64,000 nt of DNA. Origin: Eledone cirrhosa. Its lineage: Eukaryota. The notes under the pieces are model-generated. The model saw only the letters and a list, made by a program, of their open reading frames with translations. It made no database searches and had not been told where the DNA came from. This document shows positions 28,741 to 43,280 of this stretch, one piece after another; the first letter of the stretch is position 1, and each line of letters opens with the position of its first letter. The stretch spans positions 46,376,001 through 46,440,000 of the forward strand of contig OZ024744.1 in assembly GCA_964016885.1 (NCBI GenBank), given 5' to 3'. The translations under genes were made by a program, and so were the position numbers.

Positions 28741-28968
28741 AAAACTTGCAGATTATGCTTACTGGAATCTCAATTAATTATTTAGCATAGCCCGAATATA
28801 TTGAATCGTAGATCCGAAATCCTTACAAATTGCTCCCATAGACTGTTCCATTCTTTTGAATTCTATTCGCATAATTAAGTAGCATGCACATACTATATAT
28901 CAATCCTGGTTTATTATGATACCATAACACAAGCAAGACAACTAATTCAGATATATAGTATAGTAAAA

Positions 28969-29017
<49 letters not shown>

Positions 29018-32000
29018 ACAGATGAAATGTTGCAAATTAAATTTAAAAACGAAGTAAATACATACATATTTACGACGGATAAAAAACCCAACATTTTGAC
29101 AAATCAACGCCAGTTTATATGCCTTAGCAACAACAGTGAAGCATTATCTTGGTGATAGCAGAGATATTAACAAGAACAAAATACCATCATATATAACTAA
29201 AATAGAAAAAAAGATTGCTGACCTACGAAAAACCATAGCATATGTGACAATGCTCCTTACATGCAAACAAACACCAATAAACCTCACTCCTCACCAACAA
29301 AGAGTGAAAAATAAAATAGAGACGATGTATGGTAACAGTAGAACCAGAACTCTTCAATATAAGCTGATCACCCTCAAACAAGAATTGAAAGCTGTTAGCG
29401 AAAAATGCCAATACCTGAAGAAGGTAGACGAAAGAAAAGTGCTTAATAAAAGATTCAGATGAAACCAAACATCAGTCTACAGAAATATGAAGGGCAAAAT
29501 AATTAGCGTCACTGAGGCCTCATCCAAGAAAGACATAGATTCCTTTTGGAGAAAAATATGGGGTGAAAAGAAGAATTTCAATCAAGATGCAGTGTGGCTA
29601 AAAGAAATCCGAAAGAACTATTGCGCCTACACTACAACAAAAACATACGAAATAAGTGAGGGTACCTTTGAGATTGTGATAAGAAAGCACCAGGAGGAGA
29701 CATGATTGTCGGCTACTGGTACAGAAACTGATATTCTATCGGAGGTATCTTACTGACCTCTACCAACACGTTCTTAAGGGAGATAAACTTATACCAGAAT
29801 GATTGACATTAGCACAAATATTACTGGTCCCCAAGAACAAAGATACCCACTTGGCAAAAAACTACCGACCCATTGCATGCCAGAACCTGATATATAAGAT
29901 GTATACGGCCTGCCTGAACCTATTCCACCAAAATCACTGTGAAAATAATAACATCATCACAGATGAACAAGTAGCTGCACAGAAAGAGGTTCGGGGATGT
30001 GCTGAACAACTCCTAATCAACAAAACAGCGATGTCGGAGGTGCGACAACCTTGAAGGAATATGGCTAGTCTGGCAGGACTACAGGAAAGCTTTCGATTTT
30101 GTTCCCCATTCTTGGATGATAGAGGCTCTCCAGCTTCCTAAAGTCCCAGACATTATTGTCAGAGCCATAGAGAAGCTGTCTTCTTCTTGGGCTACTATCC
30201 TAAGGTTAAAGACAGAGAAGGAGGACTCTATTTTCACTGATAAAATAAAATATCGCAGAGGTATATTTCAGGAAGATAGTCTCTCTGTGATATTATTCAT
30301 CTTGTCATTAAACCCCTTGTCCTTTCTGCTCAAGAAATGTGAAGGGTACAACATTGGCTCACAGGAGGACAGAAATACGAATCTAACCCATATTTCTTTG
30401 TGGATGATCTGAAACTCTATGCCAAGAACATGGATGGGATGAAGAAAAATCTTGACCCGGTTACAACGTTCTCAAATGATATAGGAATGGATTTTGGCCA
30501 ATATAAATGCTCATATTTAAAGCGGGTAAAAACAACAACCCCATCTAGCAACATTGTCATCAATGGCCTAATTGTTTCACCGATATCTGATGAGGACTAC
30601 TACAGATATCTGGGGATAGATGAGAACATATCCTATAATGGGATCTGTAATAAGGAACGCGTAACCAGGGAATACTACACCCGATTAAGAAAGGTTTGGT
30701 CATCGGAACTCTCTGCGCAAAACAAAACAGTGGCTCACAATGTGTTTGCTGTGCCTGTCCTAACACCAACGTTTGGAATACTCAATTGGACGATATACGA
30801 AATCCGAACAGTTGATGTTAGAACTCAAAAAATACTAAACAACACCGGAATCTTCCACATCAACTGTGACATAGACCGCCTTTAGATGAAACGTAAGCAG
30901 TCCAGACAGCATGTGAATGTCACATCATATCCCTCCGACAACATCTACGAACTTCGAAGCGTAGGAGCCCGTCTTTCGAGCAAGTCTATCTGCATGTAAC
31001 AGATAAGATTATGAGAGTTGGGAAGGAACTCCTCGAAAGTTATTCCCCGTGTGATAATCAAAAGCTGACACCCAGGGAAGTCGCTCAGCAGTATCGCAGT
31101 GAATCCATGGATGAAAAACTGCATGCTTATCAGAAAAAAATCATGCATGGATATGTTGCCAGGAAGCTCCAGAGTGAGAGTAATATAGATAAGGAAAGTA
31201 GTCTAGCTTGGACCAACAACCGCTATATTGTTTCCCACTTTGAAGGATACGCTTTTGCAATCCAAGAACAGGGGATTAACACGAAATACCTGATTCACAA
31301 AAGAGATAGGGATGCAAGCAAAACACCTAGATGTGATAACAAGTACAGACTCTGCAGAACTAACATCGAAGATATCACCCATGTCATCAGCAGCTGTCCA
31401 AAGATGTCAACGTGGTACTATCTACCTATGAGGCATGATGTAGTGGCCAAAACACTGTACAATGCAATCCCTAGACAAGATAGCCCCGATAATAAACACA
31501 TTAAAAGCTACAGCAACGTGGAAGACATCCACTGGAGGAATGTTCCAGTAAAAACCCCAATAAAATGCAGGCATAACAGACCAGATAATATGATATGGGA
31601 CAGGGAGAAGAAGGCATGCACAGTAGTAGAAATTAGCTGCCCAGCAGATGCCAATATAATATCAAAGATTAGCGAAAAGGAGCATATTTATGCAGAACTG
31701 ATAAGAAATCTACAGATACTCCACCCTGATTACACCTTCAGACTTATCCCTGTGGTTATTGGGGCACTGGGATATGTTAGTAACTGCCTCAATACAAATC
31801 TTGAGAAGCTAGGCTTCACAGGAACAGAAAGAACACAACTAGTTAGGAAATTACAACTACAATCCATTAATGGAACAGTAAAAATATGTAAAACATTCCC
31901 AAAATGTTGCATCTAATAACTGCATATACACATGTACAGATACAAAGCATATACACATGCACAGATACAACTCAAAACATCCACATCCGCACATACAATA

Positions 32001-32153
32001 ACATCCATATCTACACATGCATGCATGAAGACATACATACATATCTACCTAGTTGATGTTGTGTATATTCCGATGAGAGAGTCTTGTGTCTATGTTAGAA
32101 ACAGACTCTCCCTCTATTGGCAAAAATTGGTGAAATTATAAAATCAGAAAAAC
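29018..32153 (+). mobile_element. R4/Dong-like non-LTR retrotransposon (RT + restriction-like endonuclease), degenerate
   Basis: KNYRPIAC, GCAEQLLINK, DYRKAFD, RRGIFQEDSLS, MDDLKLY, YRYLGI, CCHC knuckle (xRLC...EDITHVISSC), RHD, HNRPD...VEISCP; flanked by (TA)n/(TACA)n. Confidence 0.9.
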
Positions 32154-33157
32154 ATACATACATACATATATATATATGCCAAACTCCATTCCTATATCCT
32201 TAGAAAACATGGTAACCAGGTCAATATTTTAATTCATACCATTTATATTCCTGGCATAAACATTCAGGTAATCCACCAATAAGCTATATTTTAGGTTTGT
32301 GTTTCTGTGAATCAACTATATATCTTTCAGACTTCAGAATAACGGACAAAGGGTTTACTGACAGAATAAATATCACAGAAAGCCTGTCTTTTGTATACAT
32401 ACCCCTGTGATATTCTATTTTATCAGTGACACTATTGTCCTCTTTCTCTGAATTTTAATTCAAGTTAGTGGCCCAGGAAGAAAATACATTTTCTATGGCT
32501 TTGATAATGGTATTTCGGACTTTAGCAAGTGCGAAACACTTGTCGTTTTCCTTCGATTCTTCCTTAACGCTATTGGTGTTGCTGTTGTCGAGTCCAACAA
32601 TGTTTATTGTAGCAAATCTTTGCCAGATGAATTCGTAAAGGATTTCTCTACGATTTCGAATAAAAGAGGGCTTAAATGAATATCACCAGCGAAAGATGAA
32701 ATTATATGATCAAGGTTGGTAATTGTGGCATTATCATTGGAGATATTATTCATCTTCAATTTCGTGGATAGTTTACTTGGTGAGGAGAATGATTTTTGAC
32801 ACCCTGCAGGACAAAAAACAAAACCTGACAAAGGGTGGAAGAACTCATAAGAGTCAACGGCCATCCAGAATTGTGTAACATGTGTGCATGTGTATATATG
32901 TATATATATGTATATATGTATATACATGTATGCATGTGTATGTATATACGCGGGGACATAAACATAATCGGGCTGGATACCTGATCGCGTGGTTAAACCA
33001 CTGGGAGTGAAAGACCCCTAGCTTTTGTCAGGGCATTCTTCTAGGAGAAGGCAACTCAGGAAACTGGCATAACTCTGACATAAAACCTGGGCCTCAGTAA
33101 TTACAGATAATGTTGATCTTTTCTTCTTTTGGGGTTATAGCTACTGTCACTCAGAGA

Positions 33158-33174
33158 GTATGTATGTATGTATG

Positions 33175-33205
<31 letters not shown>

Positions 33206-33460
33206 TGTATGTATGTATGTATGTATGTATGTATGTATGTATGTATGTATGTATGTATGTATGTACGTATGTATGTATATATGTATGTATGTATGTATTA
33301 TGTTTGGATGTATGTATGTAGGTAGGTATGTATGTATATAGGTATGTAGGTATGTATGTAGGTATGTATGTATTATGTTTGTATGTATGTATGTATGTAT
33401 GGATGGATGTATGGATGTATGGATGGACGGATGGATGTTTGTATTTATCTATGTATGTAT
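33158..33460. repeat. (TATG)n/(GATG)n microsatellite
   Basis: Direct reading. Confidence 0.97.
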
Positions 33461-33561
33461 ATTCTCTTTCTGTCCACCCACTGCTGTCCATCATTACCCT
33501 CATCATCATTGTCAACATTGTTGTCGACATTATTTAACATCTATTTTTCTTGTTAGCAGGG

Positions 33562-34282
33562 ATACAATATATCACATCATACTACAATATATCACATTAC
33601 ACTACACTACAATATATCGACACTACTCTACACTATACCACTCCATGTTACAATATATCACATCACACTACAATTTACCACACCACACTAACATATATCA
33701 CATCATACTACAATATACGACACCACACTACAATATAAAACACCACACCACACTATACCACTCCACACTACACTATACCATTCCACACTACAATATACCA
33801 CACGACACTACAATATATCGCACTCTACTTCAATATATCATACCACACTACAATATATCACACTACACTGCACCATACCACTCCACACTACAATATATCA
33901 CATCATACTACACTATACCACCACACTACAATATATCACACTACACTACAATATACCACAGCACACTACAATATACCACACCACACTACAATATACCAGA
34001 CCACACTACAATATATCACACTACACTACAATATATTACACTACACTACAATATACCACTACACACTACAATAATACACACCACACTACAATATACTACA
34101 CTACACTACACTATATCACTCCACACTACAATATACCACACCACACTTCAATATACCACACCACACTACAATATACCACACCACACTACAATATATCACA
34201 CTACAATATACCAATCCACACTACAATATATCACACTAGACTACAATATACCACTCAACACTACAATATATCAAACTACATG
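33562..34282. repeat. ~20 bp minisatellite (ccacactacaatataccaca); resumes at 36265-36478 and 36665-37490
   Basis: Tandem degenerate units, interrupted by a Gypsy remnant and a SINE. Confidence 0.92.
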
Positions 34283-34289
34283 AAAATGG

Positions 34290-35780
34290 ACGTTAAAATA
34301 CTGGAGCACTGGTTGTGGAAATAAAATGTTCGGTTGAGTGAGTTGACTGGGTAACTCGAAAATTTCTATCGATAAGCTCCGTGAACGATTCTAACAACGT
34401 ATAGTAGGCGGTTCCAGCGGCAGCGATGAAGAGGTTGGGCTAACCGTTGAAGCACCGGCTCTTCGGCCACGAATTGAGAAATCGGTGATGTCATCCACTA
34501 GACATTGGCCTCGGACATCCACAGTCAAGGAGAAAGTGTGGAGGAAATCCGCTCCTAAGATTAGGGTATGGCAAGTCAGCGACCGTAAAAATCCATTTAA
34601 AATCCCTATTTTTGAATTTGAGGAGAAGCGAGATTTGTCCGTACGTCTTTATAGGCGAGTGGTTAACGGCCTGCAGGGTAACGGATGACTCCACAGGGGT
34701 ATCCTTTAGGCAATGGACCGGCCAAATACGACAGAGGCTCCTGTATTCACGAGGAAGGCTCTTCCAGACAGGAGGTCCTTGATGAAGAAGTGGTGGTTTG
34801 GGTGCTTTACGCTGAGGTCGACTGCCGCCCTCAGCAAACCTCTCTGTCGTTTCCCGACTTCACAAAAGAACAAGTCTGTACACAGTGGTTCACGTTCTCA
34901 GCAAAACGCTCGTGGTACCAGCATAAATATGAAGCTGGTGACCTGGGACGGTGTCTGAAAGAGGTAGATCTACCGCGGCTGCGTGAGCGTGAACGAACAT
35001 TACCAGAGGCCTACAGCTTCTGTAGCTCCAGTGTGAGTTCTTGAGTAGCTTTTTGCATAGCCATTATAGCTGCGCTGTCTGCATGAGATACCGCGCAGGT
35101 GGGATGGCCAGGTGGGGCCTGAGCTGGGGGAGAAACAGTAGCAAGGGCCTCGCTGCCTCCAGCACCCATAACCTCAAAAACCTTGGCCACAGAGACGGCC
35201 AGTTGGTCCACAGAACATGCATCTCCAATACGAGATCCTTAATAGTTGGGAGAAGTGCCGGAGGAGTGGCACTAAGGACGAGGGGACGTTGCTGTGCCTC
35301 AGCGATATTGTTAGCCTCGAAAAATGCTTACATTTGAGCGAACCATAATTTCACGTCACCCGTATAAGTAGGGAGAATAGATTGGGCTGCCATTGGTACA
35401 ATCTCAGTAAGCGGCAAAATGTGTCTCCGTAAAGAAAAATACCTCGAACACAAGTGAAATAGAAAATAAACCCACTTGCTTTTGTTTTTGTTTTTTTGTC
35501 TTTTCTTCAAACAACCGGACAGGAAAAAGAATGTATCCCAAATATTGTGTAAGTGAGCAACTAAGAAAACAATGGCATTATCAATACAGCTACAGCGAAT
35601 TTAAAGAAAAATCCAACATGGCGCACGGTTTCGCGCCAAAAAAACTTTTGAAGAAGAAAGCCGCCATCTTAATATCTTCAAAAATTTCACCAAAGAAAAA
35701 ATAAAACGTCAAACACATGTTTTTTTCTTGTTTTTTTGTAGTGGTATATTTTTCCATATACCAACGTCTGGGACACCACT
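34290..35780 (-). mobile_element. Gypsy LTR retrotransposon remnant (gag-protease)
   Basis: LPTYTGDVKLWFAQM gag start; LQAVNHSPIKTYGQ...WIFTVADLPYP protease; degenerate PBS TGGTGTCCCAGACGT at ~35765-35779. Confidence 0.75.
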
Positions 35781-36477
35781 TTAACGAGCATAAAAGTTCG
35801 TCGATTTTTATTTAGTGTTTACGATATTTGGTCATCAATTAAGGAATAAAGTAATTAAATGAGACATGCTGAAATATCTCACACGAGTGTCTATAATTGT
35901 CTCATCTTTATTGTTATGAGTGTTTGTTACAACTTGGAAATAAGTCATACCTTTTGAAATAATATAATATGTATAATTGGTATCATTAGTTGTTGAATTT
36001 GCGACGAGGTGAGAGAACAAGTTAGTCTCCACATGGTGTTATTGGTTTTCTGTTCCGAAGTTGAAGTCGCCTGAGGGAGAGTTGCTCTTAATATGTTCAC
36101 TCCACATGGTGTGGTAAAAATGAAAAGTGGGAGAAGGCAAAATTACATCTTAACTCCTGGAAGGCTAGATTTGTAAGAGAGGAAGTACTTTCAGTTTCTC
36201 AATTTATAGTCTCCATGGGACGTAACTCTCATTAAATTTCCTTCTCGCCCCAAGGGGTCACTACAACAGTATGCCACAGCACACTACAATATTCCACACC
36301 ACAATATACCACAACACAGTATACCACACCACACTATAATATACCACACCACACTACAATATACCACACCACAGTACAGTATACCACACTACACTGCAAT
36401 ATCAACACTACACCACACTACCACACCCCACGCCACACTACAATATAGAAAACCACACTACCCTATACCACATCACA

Positions 36478-36665
36478 TTGGATTGGCAGTATCGGTATAG
36501 GGTCTGACGCCATGTCTTGCAGCAAAGAGTTACGGCCCTTTACAGTCTGAGTTCAAATCCCGCCAAGGTTAACTTTGCCTTTCATCCTTACGGGGTCGAT
36601 AAAATAAAGTACCAGTAATACACTGGGATAATTGCTGGCCTTGTGCCAAAAGTAGAAGCAATTAC
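36478..36665 (+). mobile_element. tRNA-derived SINE, octopus-type (other copies: 50040-50170 -, 53030-53140 +, 53674-53860 +, 54762-54995 +, 55128-55316 -)
   Basis: A-box-like tggcagtatcgg, B-box gagttcaaatcc, conserved core gcctttcatccttacggggtcgataaaataaagtaccag (resembles the Meta SINE domain), 3' ggccttgtgcctaaagtagaa. Confidence 0.88.
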
Positions 36666-37789
36666 AATGTACCACCCCACAATACAATATACCACACCAC
36701 ATCACACGCCACCATTCCACACCACACCATACTACAGTATACTACACCACGCTACATTATACCACACTACACTACAATACACCACACCATCCTACAGTAT
36801 ACCACACCACACCACACTACAATGTACCACCCCACACTAAGGATATCACATGACACTACACTATATCACACCTCATACAATATAACACACCACACTGCAC
36901 CACTCCACACTACAAAATACCACACCACACTACAATACAATATACCACACCACAATATACCGCATACACTACAGCATACCACAACACACTACAGTATACG
37001 TAACCACTCAACACTATACAACATTACACTACAATATACCACACCGTACTACAATACACCACACCACATTATACCTTACTACACTACAATATACCACACC
37101 ACACTACAATATACCTTACTACACTACAATATACCACACCGTACTACAATATACCACACCGCACTACAAAATACCACACCACACTACAATACAATATACC
37201 GCATACACTACAGCATACCACAACACACTACAGTATACGTAACCACTCAACACTATACAACACTACACTACAATATACCACACCGTACTACAATATACCA
37301 CACCACACAACATTATACCTTACTACACTACAATATACCACACCACACAACATTATACCTTACTACACTACAATATACCACACCGTACTACAATATACCA
37401 CACCGCACTACAAAATACCACACCACAGTACACTTCAATAAACAACACTACACTACAATATACCACATTCCACTACAATATACCACACCGCGCTTTTCCA
37501 GTGCGTCTCCCTTACCGTCGTCCGGGAAAACGCCTTCTCCATTCTGTCCACCGGGGCTGTGGGGAGGCCACTGATATGATTAATTGACTTGTTATTTTAT
37601 CAGTCAGACACACATATATACTGAACTAGCAGTGGTACACGGCGTTGCACGGGATAAGGTATTTTGTAACGCGGGCCACCAACAGACCTAATCGTGGAAA
37701 AACTGCATGCCTAGGCAATATGTAAAGAAAATAAACCGAATACTCTGATGGCTGGATAATCTTTAATATTTTATGTATTTAGATGGCAG

Positions 37790-39691
37790 TCTAAGAAACT
37801 CTGAAGAGGGTGAAAGGAGTTGTAATGGCCGTTTTAAGAATGTCATCCGGTTCAACAGGAATCTGGTTGTACGCCCACACGAGGTCAATTATTGAAATGA
37901 TCCTAGCACCATGTAGGGTAGTAGAGAAATTCAGTGAGGTACCGGGTACTTATTGGGTTTTCTGCGTGTGTTAAAAAACCGATAGTCTCCACACGGTCGC
38001 CAATCACCTACAGATTTCTGGGAACCATGTGAAGTGGGGAAGACCAGCTGCTACTGGATGGACGATCAATGCCCAGTTCCAACACATGATCGAACTCTGC
38101 TTTAGCGATCTTAGCGTGGTCAGGAGCGAGTCACCATGGTTTAGCAGAATCCGGAGGGCCCTCAGTCACGATATGATGCGTAACACTGTGGGTCACCGGC
38201 CGACTGTTAAAAATAGGGTGCGAGATGTTAGGATGCCTGCTCAGAATAACGTCGTATCTGCCAGACTGCCTGGTTAAAAAAATACAAGGTTGAGGGAGGC
38301 TGCCGTTGTGTTGATACCGCGATCATTCGGACCACTGGTGGAATTAATCAGTCTGTTGTGTTTAACGTCCACCAGGAGGCCAAAGTGAAGTAGAAAATCC
38401 GCTTCTAGGATCGGAGTTGGCAACTTGACGATGACAAAAACCAACTGGAAAATTCGGCGGAGCAGAAGATCGAGGGTTAAAGACTTTTCTCCGCATGTGG
38501 GTATAGCCGAGTGGTTCAGTGCCTTGAGAAGGATTGTTGTGGGTTCTCTACTACCTGGCACCAGGGCAGATGGTATGACTCTAACCTCCGCCCCGGTGTC
38601 CACCAGAAACCGGTAGATCGGTCGCCAATGTGTAAAGAGAGGCTAGGTTTGGAAGAGTCAGGTGTAGTTGCCATCGTTTGTACCTGGCCACGTCGTTACC
38701 CGGAACATGGCGGGAGTCCCTTCTAAAAGAACAGGGCAATAGGTATTTACGGGCATTTTCATCGAATTTACTGTGGTAATAGCATAAGAGATCGGTTGCC
38801 CGGGTACGACTCGGGTCTCGCGGGCGCTGATGTAAATCGCGCCGAGATGAGCTGGCGTTGCTGCGTGGCTGTATCTGCAGTTTAGCATAAGTGCGTTCAA
38901 TTGTGCCTCCTGTCTCACATCCGAGACAGAAGACGGGAAGGAGAAGGAGAAAATGAGGAAGAAAGAGGGGAAGAAGAGAGCTTTGTGTGTGTGTATGTAT
39001 CCCCTGGGCCACAAATGACCGTGGTGTTGCTACCGCCATTATTCTATCGGCTGAATCCGCTAGCGCCTCGATTTGGATGGATGCTTCACTGGCCGCCAAC
39101 ATGCTGCGAGTTGCTGGTGGCAGCCTTTGTAGGAAAAGTTGTTTCAAGATGGCCCACTCCATGGTGTTCTCTCCCAACAGTTGTTTTAACTGTCTTAAGA
39201 ACTCTAACGGTTGCCTATCGCCCAACTCCCCTGAATAAAGCAGCTGGTTAATCCATTGCTGCTGAGAGACGGATGTTCGCTTTACAAGTTCGGACCTAAA
39301 TGTGGCATATGAATATGGGCCTGGTGGTGCTGTAAGTAAATCCTGGATCTCCTGCAGTTGTTCAGGGGGAAGCGCCCCGACAACGTGGGAAATGTTGGTC
39401 CTGTCTGGCGAAATATAGTGTTTGAAATTAGGCCTCGATATATCTGAACCAAATTGTAGGATCATGAGGCCAGAATGTCAGGATCCACAGGGATATTGCT
39501 GATCGTAACGAAGATGATGCTGGTGATAGTTCCATATTGAAGCAAAGCTTGGTAAATATTGATTAATCAGAAGGCTACATGTTCGAAAGACGTCGGGGTC
39601 ACCAGTTGAAGTGAAGCGAAGTTAATAGTTGTTGAAAATAAACAGGACAGAATAGTTAATTTCGGTTAGATATAAAATCTACTTCACTTCA
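37790..39691 (-). mobile_element. Gypsy LTR retrotransposon remnant (LTR-PBS-gag-protease-RT start)
   Basis: gag ELGDRQP...LFLQRLP and CYYH knuckle (38581-39465), protease [33 protein letters not shown]; PBS and short LTR at the right end. Confidence 0.88.
39590..39604 (-). promoter_or_regulatory. Primer binding site complementary to tRNA-Trp
   Basis: TGGTGACCCCGACGT, 2 nt from the LTR end; complementary to the eukaryotic tRNA-Trp 3' end (...ACGUCGGGGUCACCA). Confidence 0.8.
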
Positions 39692-40059
39692 GTTAGAGAA
39701 GGAAAAGGGAATATGATTACTACTAATCATAAAAGTACAAAGTTGTATGTAAACATTCGTAAATGAATAGCGTGTTGTTGAAGATACTTTGTTTTATGTG
39801 TTATGCTGAAATAGAAGGTACCAGGCTCTCGTCCGTCATTAATATCACCATAGAAGTTAAAAGCCAAGTGGCCAGGGAAGGTGTCGTCTCTTTTGTAACA
39901 GAAAATTCTCTCTCTGTTCTCGTTCCATGACAGCCTATTTATCGAACGCAAGTCATTTTTTTTTTATCAAAGGTCGATGACTCCCGCTGCGTTCTCTTTC
40001 ATAGGAATGGCCATGTAAGTGAGAGGAAACGCTGGAACATTTCATTCGCCACACACCAT

Positions 40060-42200
40060 CATCAATTCAAGGGAATTAATTTGAAATAGATGTATGGGGA
40101 AATGACTTCCATTTGACATTACTTTCTCTAATGACAATAGTAACAATAGTAATACTTCACTTAACCGTGAGTTGATCAATGAATCAGAGACTCTACAGTC
40201 CTCGTCAGGCACCAGGAGGAAGAACATTCGAACTGAAGGAGGACAGAAGAAAAAAACTCAAAGTATCAGAAAATATGATTTGAAATTTGGATTTATTCAA
40301 GAACCTGACAGTGAGCTGGATCCACTGCTGCTTTGTGTTGTGTGTTCTGAGAATTAATCCAATGATACCATGAAACCTTTGAAACTTGGAAGACACTTGC
40401 AATCAAATCACCCGGATTTAGCTAAGATATCATTTGAATGTTTTCGAAGACTGGTATAGAAATATGTAGAAGGACAGAAGCGCTTTAAAAAAATGACTGT
40501 TAAAGGCAAGTCTTTATTAAAGTCTTCTTACGGTCACGTAAAATAAAAAGCCGTATACGATTGGAAAAGAATTAATTGAAGAGATGGCTGAAGAAATTGA
40601 AAATCAAGTTATGAAAATGGTGAAACATTCAACATTTTATTTAATTCGACTTGATGAATCAACGAACATAAGTAACAAGGCACTTCTCCTTTGTTTTGTG
40701 AGGGTTGAGTGTGAAGGAGAGTTACATGAAGAACTACTTTGTTCGCTCAACTTGCCGGGTTGAACAACTAGCACTGAGAATTTTGAAGTACTTAATAGTT
40801 ATTTCCTGGAACATGGAATTGAATAGAAAAATCTATTGAGATATTTACAGAGGGTACCGCAAACATAACTGGATATCTTTCAGGAATTGTTGCAAAGGTG
40901 AAAAATGTTGGTTACCCAGACATTTTGTCTACACACTGCATAATAGATCGTGAGCAACTTGCGCGGGAAAATGTCCCCAGAACTACATGAAGTATTATCA
41001 GACATTATCAAAATTATAAATGAAATTCGACAGAAAGCGCTGAATTCTCGAACATTTGAGGCACTTTGTGAAGAAATTGGTTCCCAGTATACTCCCAGTA
41101 TTCTTCCCGCTGAGGTGAGATGGATCTCGTGGGGTAAAATACTAACACGACTGTTCACCCTGCACGAAGCTGTTAAACTATTTTTCCAGCACCCAAATCA
41201 TCCGAAATTTCAAGAACTCTTTTCCGACGATCAGTGGGTAGCCAAGCGTGCATACCTAGTAGATATGATTTTCGCTGTAAATGAGCTACACGTATTCTTG
41301 AAATGACAACTTACGTACTTATTCACACTACAAGATATGATGGATGCTTTTCAAAAGAAAATATCACTGTGGCAAAAGCGGTTGACTGAAGAAGATCTGC
41401 AAATGTTTCAAATTTAGATGAATTTATGTGAAGGATGTCAACCTGCAGGTGGTAACCATTATTCAACAGCACTTACAATCACTCACAGAATCTTTAGGTC
41501 GTTATTCTCTAAAGGAAGAATATATGTGGATAATAGATCCATTTGCAGCAAACATTAAAGATATCAATTTAAGCCCGAATGAAAACGAAAACCTCTTCGA
41601 TCTAGCATCCGACGACAGTCTCAAAGCTAAATTCCAGTCATCCTTATCAAGACCTCATTTTTGGCTCTCCGTATAAAGTGAATACCTATTTCTGAGTGAA
41701 AAAAGTAATGAAAATTTTGATTCAATTTTCAACAACATATTTGTGCAAAAAGACATTTTCATCTGTCACAGCAATTAAAACTTGGTGCCTGTCTCGGCTT
41801 GAAATAAAAACTGCTCCCCGTCTTGCAGTAACGTCATTGGAGCCCAAAATCCATGAACTTATTTCAAACGAGTGGGAACAAATATCACACTAAAATGTGT
41901 AACACTTAAATAAGCTTCAATTATTTTGTAATAAACTAACTTTAACAACATTGTTACAATTAAAGAGGCTTTAAAGATTTTGTTATGATTACATAAGCAT
42001 TTATCATTCTGTTATAATTAAAAAATCATTTATAATTTTGTTATATTTAATAGGTGCATTTCATATTAATAAAATGAGAGTTCTCTGATCACTATTTTAC
42101 AAAATATCTACCTTTTTTTAAAAATTCATATTAGGGGTCCGTGGGATTCAGAATCATGAATTTAATGTGCCGTGAGGTCAGAAAGTTTGGCGATCGCTCG
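40060..42200 (+). mobile_element. hAT (Buster/Charlie-type) DNA transposon, transposase pseudogene; second N-terminal fragment at 55560-55965
   Basis: RKYD..FGF, CVVC BED finger, LDEST, EVRWIS.G..L.R, AYL.D, FSTTYLC..FS; multiple stops and frameshifts; TIR-like end aaagtttggcgatcgct. Confidence 0.88.
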
Positions 42201-42342
42201 TTTAAAGTAATCCACGGTAAATATTGAGAGAGGTGATAGTGTGGTTGTGGCATACAACCCTTTCCACCACTCTGGATATTTCCAAAATACATTGCGGTGA
42301 AGGTGTTGTTTAGAGGTTTATTGATCATAGTAAATTATAATA

Positions 42343-43280
42343 TACTAGCTGACCTATCCAGCGTCGCCCGGGTAAAGAGATAAGAGAAGACAGGTAGAAG
42401 AGAAAATGCATTTTATCCTTAATGATTGCCTCCAAGCACAGTGACCTCTAGGAGATGCTTCATCATCCTTTTAGCTGTAAAGTGTGTGCCATTCATAGAA
42501 GTAGCGGGTTAACGTTTCTCAAAAGGATGATGGAAGTTCCAATATTTTATATTATTTCATATATATTTTATAGATAATTATATATAGACTAGCTGGCCCT
42601 GTGGCGTCAAAAATGACGGCTAATTGTAATATCTGTACATAATATAAAAGAGAGGTATTTGTTGGTTAGTCGGTTGGTTAGATTCTTCGCGGTTACTCAC
42701 ACAAATGATACAAACATACAAACAGACAGATGTGATGAATATTACAACCCTGGAATCCTAGTTTCTCACCCCCCTCCCCTCAGTAATAGACACCCCATCC
42801 TTCAGTCAACATATTCACCCCTTCCTTCCTCAGTCATCTCTAGTGTGTGACGGACAAATACACTAGGCTATTATATTAGTAGTTATAGATATAGATATTT
42901 ATATATATATATGTGTGTGTGCGCGTATACGCGCACGTGTATGTGTATGTATGTATTTGTGTGTATGTTTGTGTGTATGTGTGTAGGTCAGCATTTGAAT
43001 TGGAGACGCTGGCCTCGAAACACGATCATTGACAACTAACGCGTAGAGAGAATCCCTTATGGTTTATTCCCAGCCTGCTAGAAATAACTGTCAGCTTGGT
43101 TAACATACCCCGGATGATTTCTTCGTTGATGTTATAAAATTAGAAAATAAAAAATATATGGTGACACTCATGGGGTCTGATACTATTACCTTGTAAAATT
43201 TGATTTGAATTGGTTGAGCCGTTTATAAATTCATAAGGAAAAGTTAGAAAGACAGATCGACAAAGAGTTTTATAGATATC
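42343..43280 (+). mobile_element. Non-autonomous Helitron/Helentron-like elements (related ends at 21000-21275, 37622-37660, 46400-46912)
   Basis: actagctg starts followed by a GC hairpin (cgtcaaaaatgacg), cagaca/caaa tracts and tttata(t)agat ends; 46750-46912 is an inverted homolog of 42588-42730. Confidence 0.5.

Noticed and set aside
36478-36570. tRNA genes at SINE heads
   Set aside because: A/B boxes are present but there is no cloverleaf, and they are always followed by the SINE body.
40060-41893. Domesticated ZBED/SCAND3-like host gene
   Set aside because: Multiple stops, frameshifts and deletions, a TIR-like end and a second decayed copy at 55560 indicate a dead transposon.
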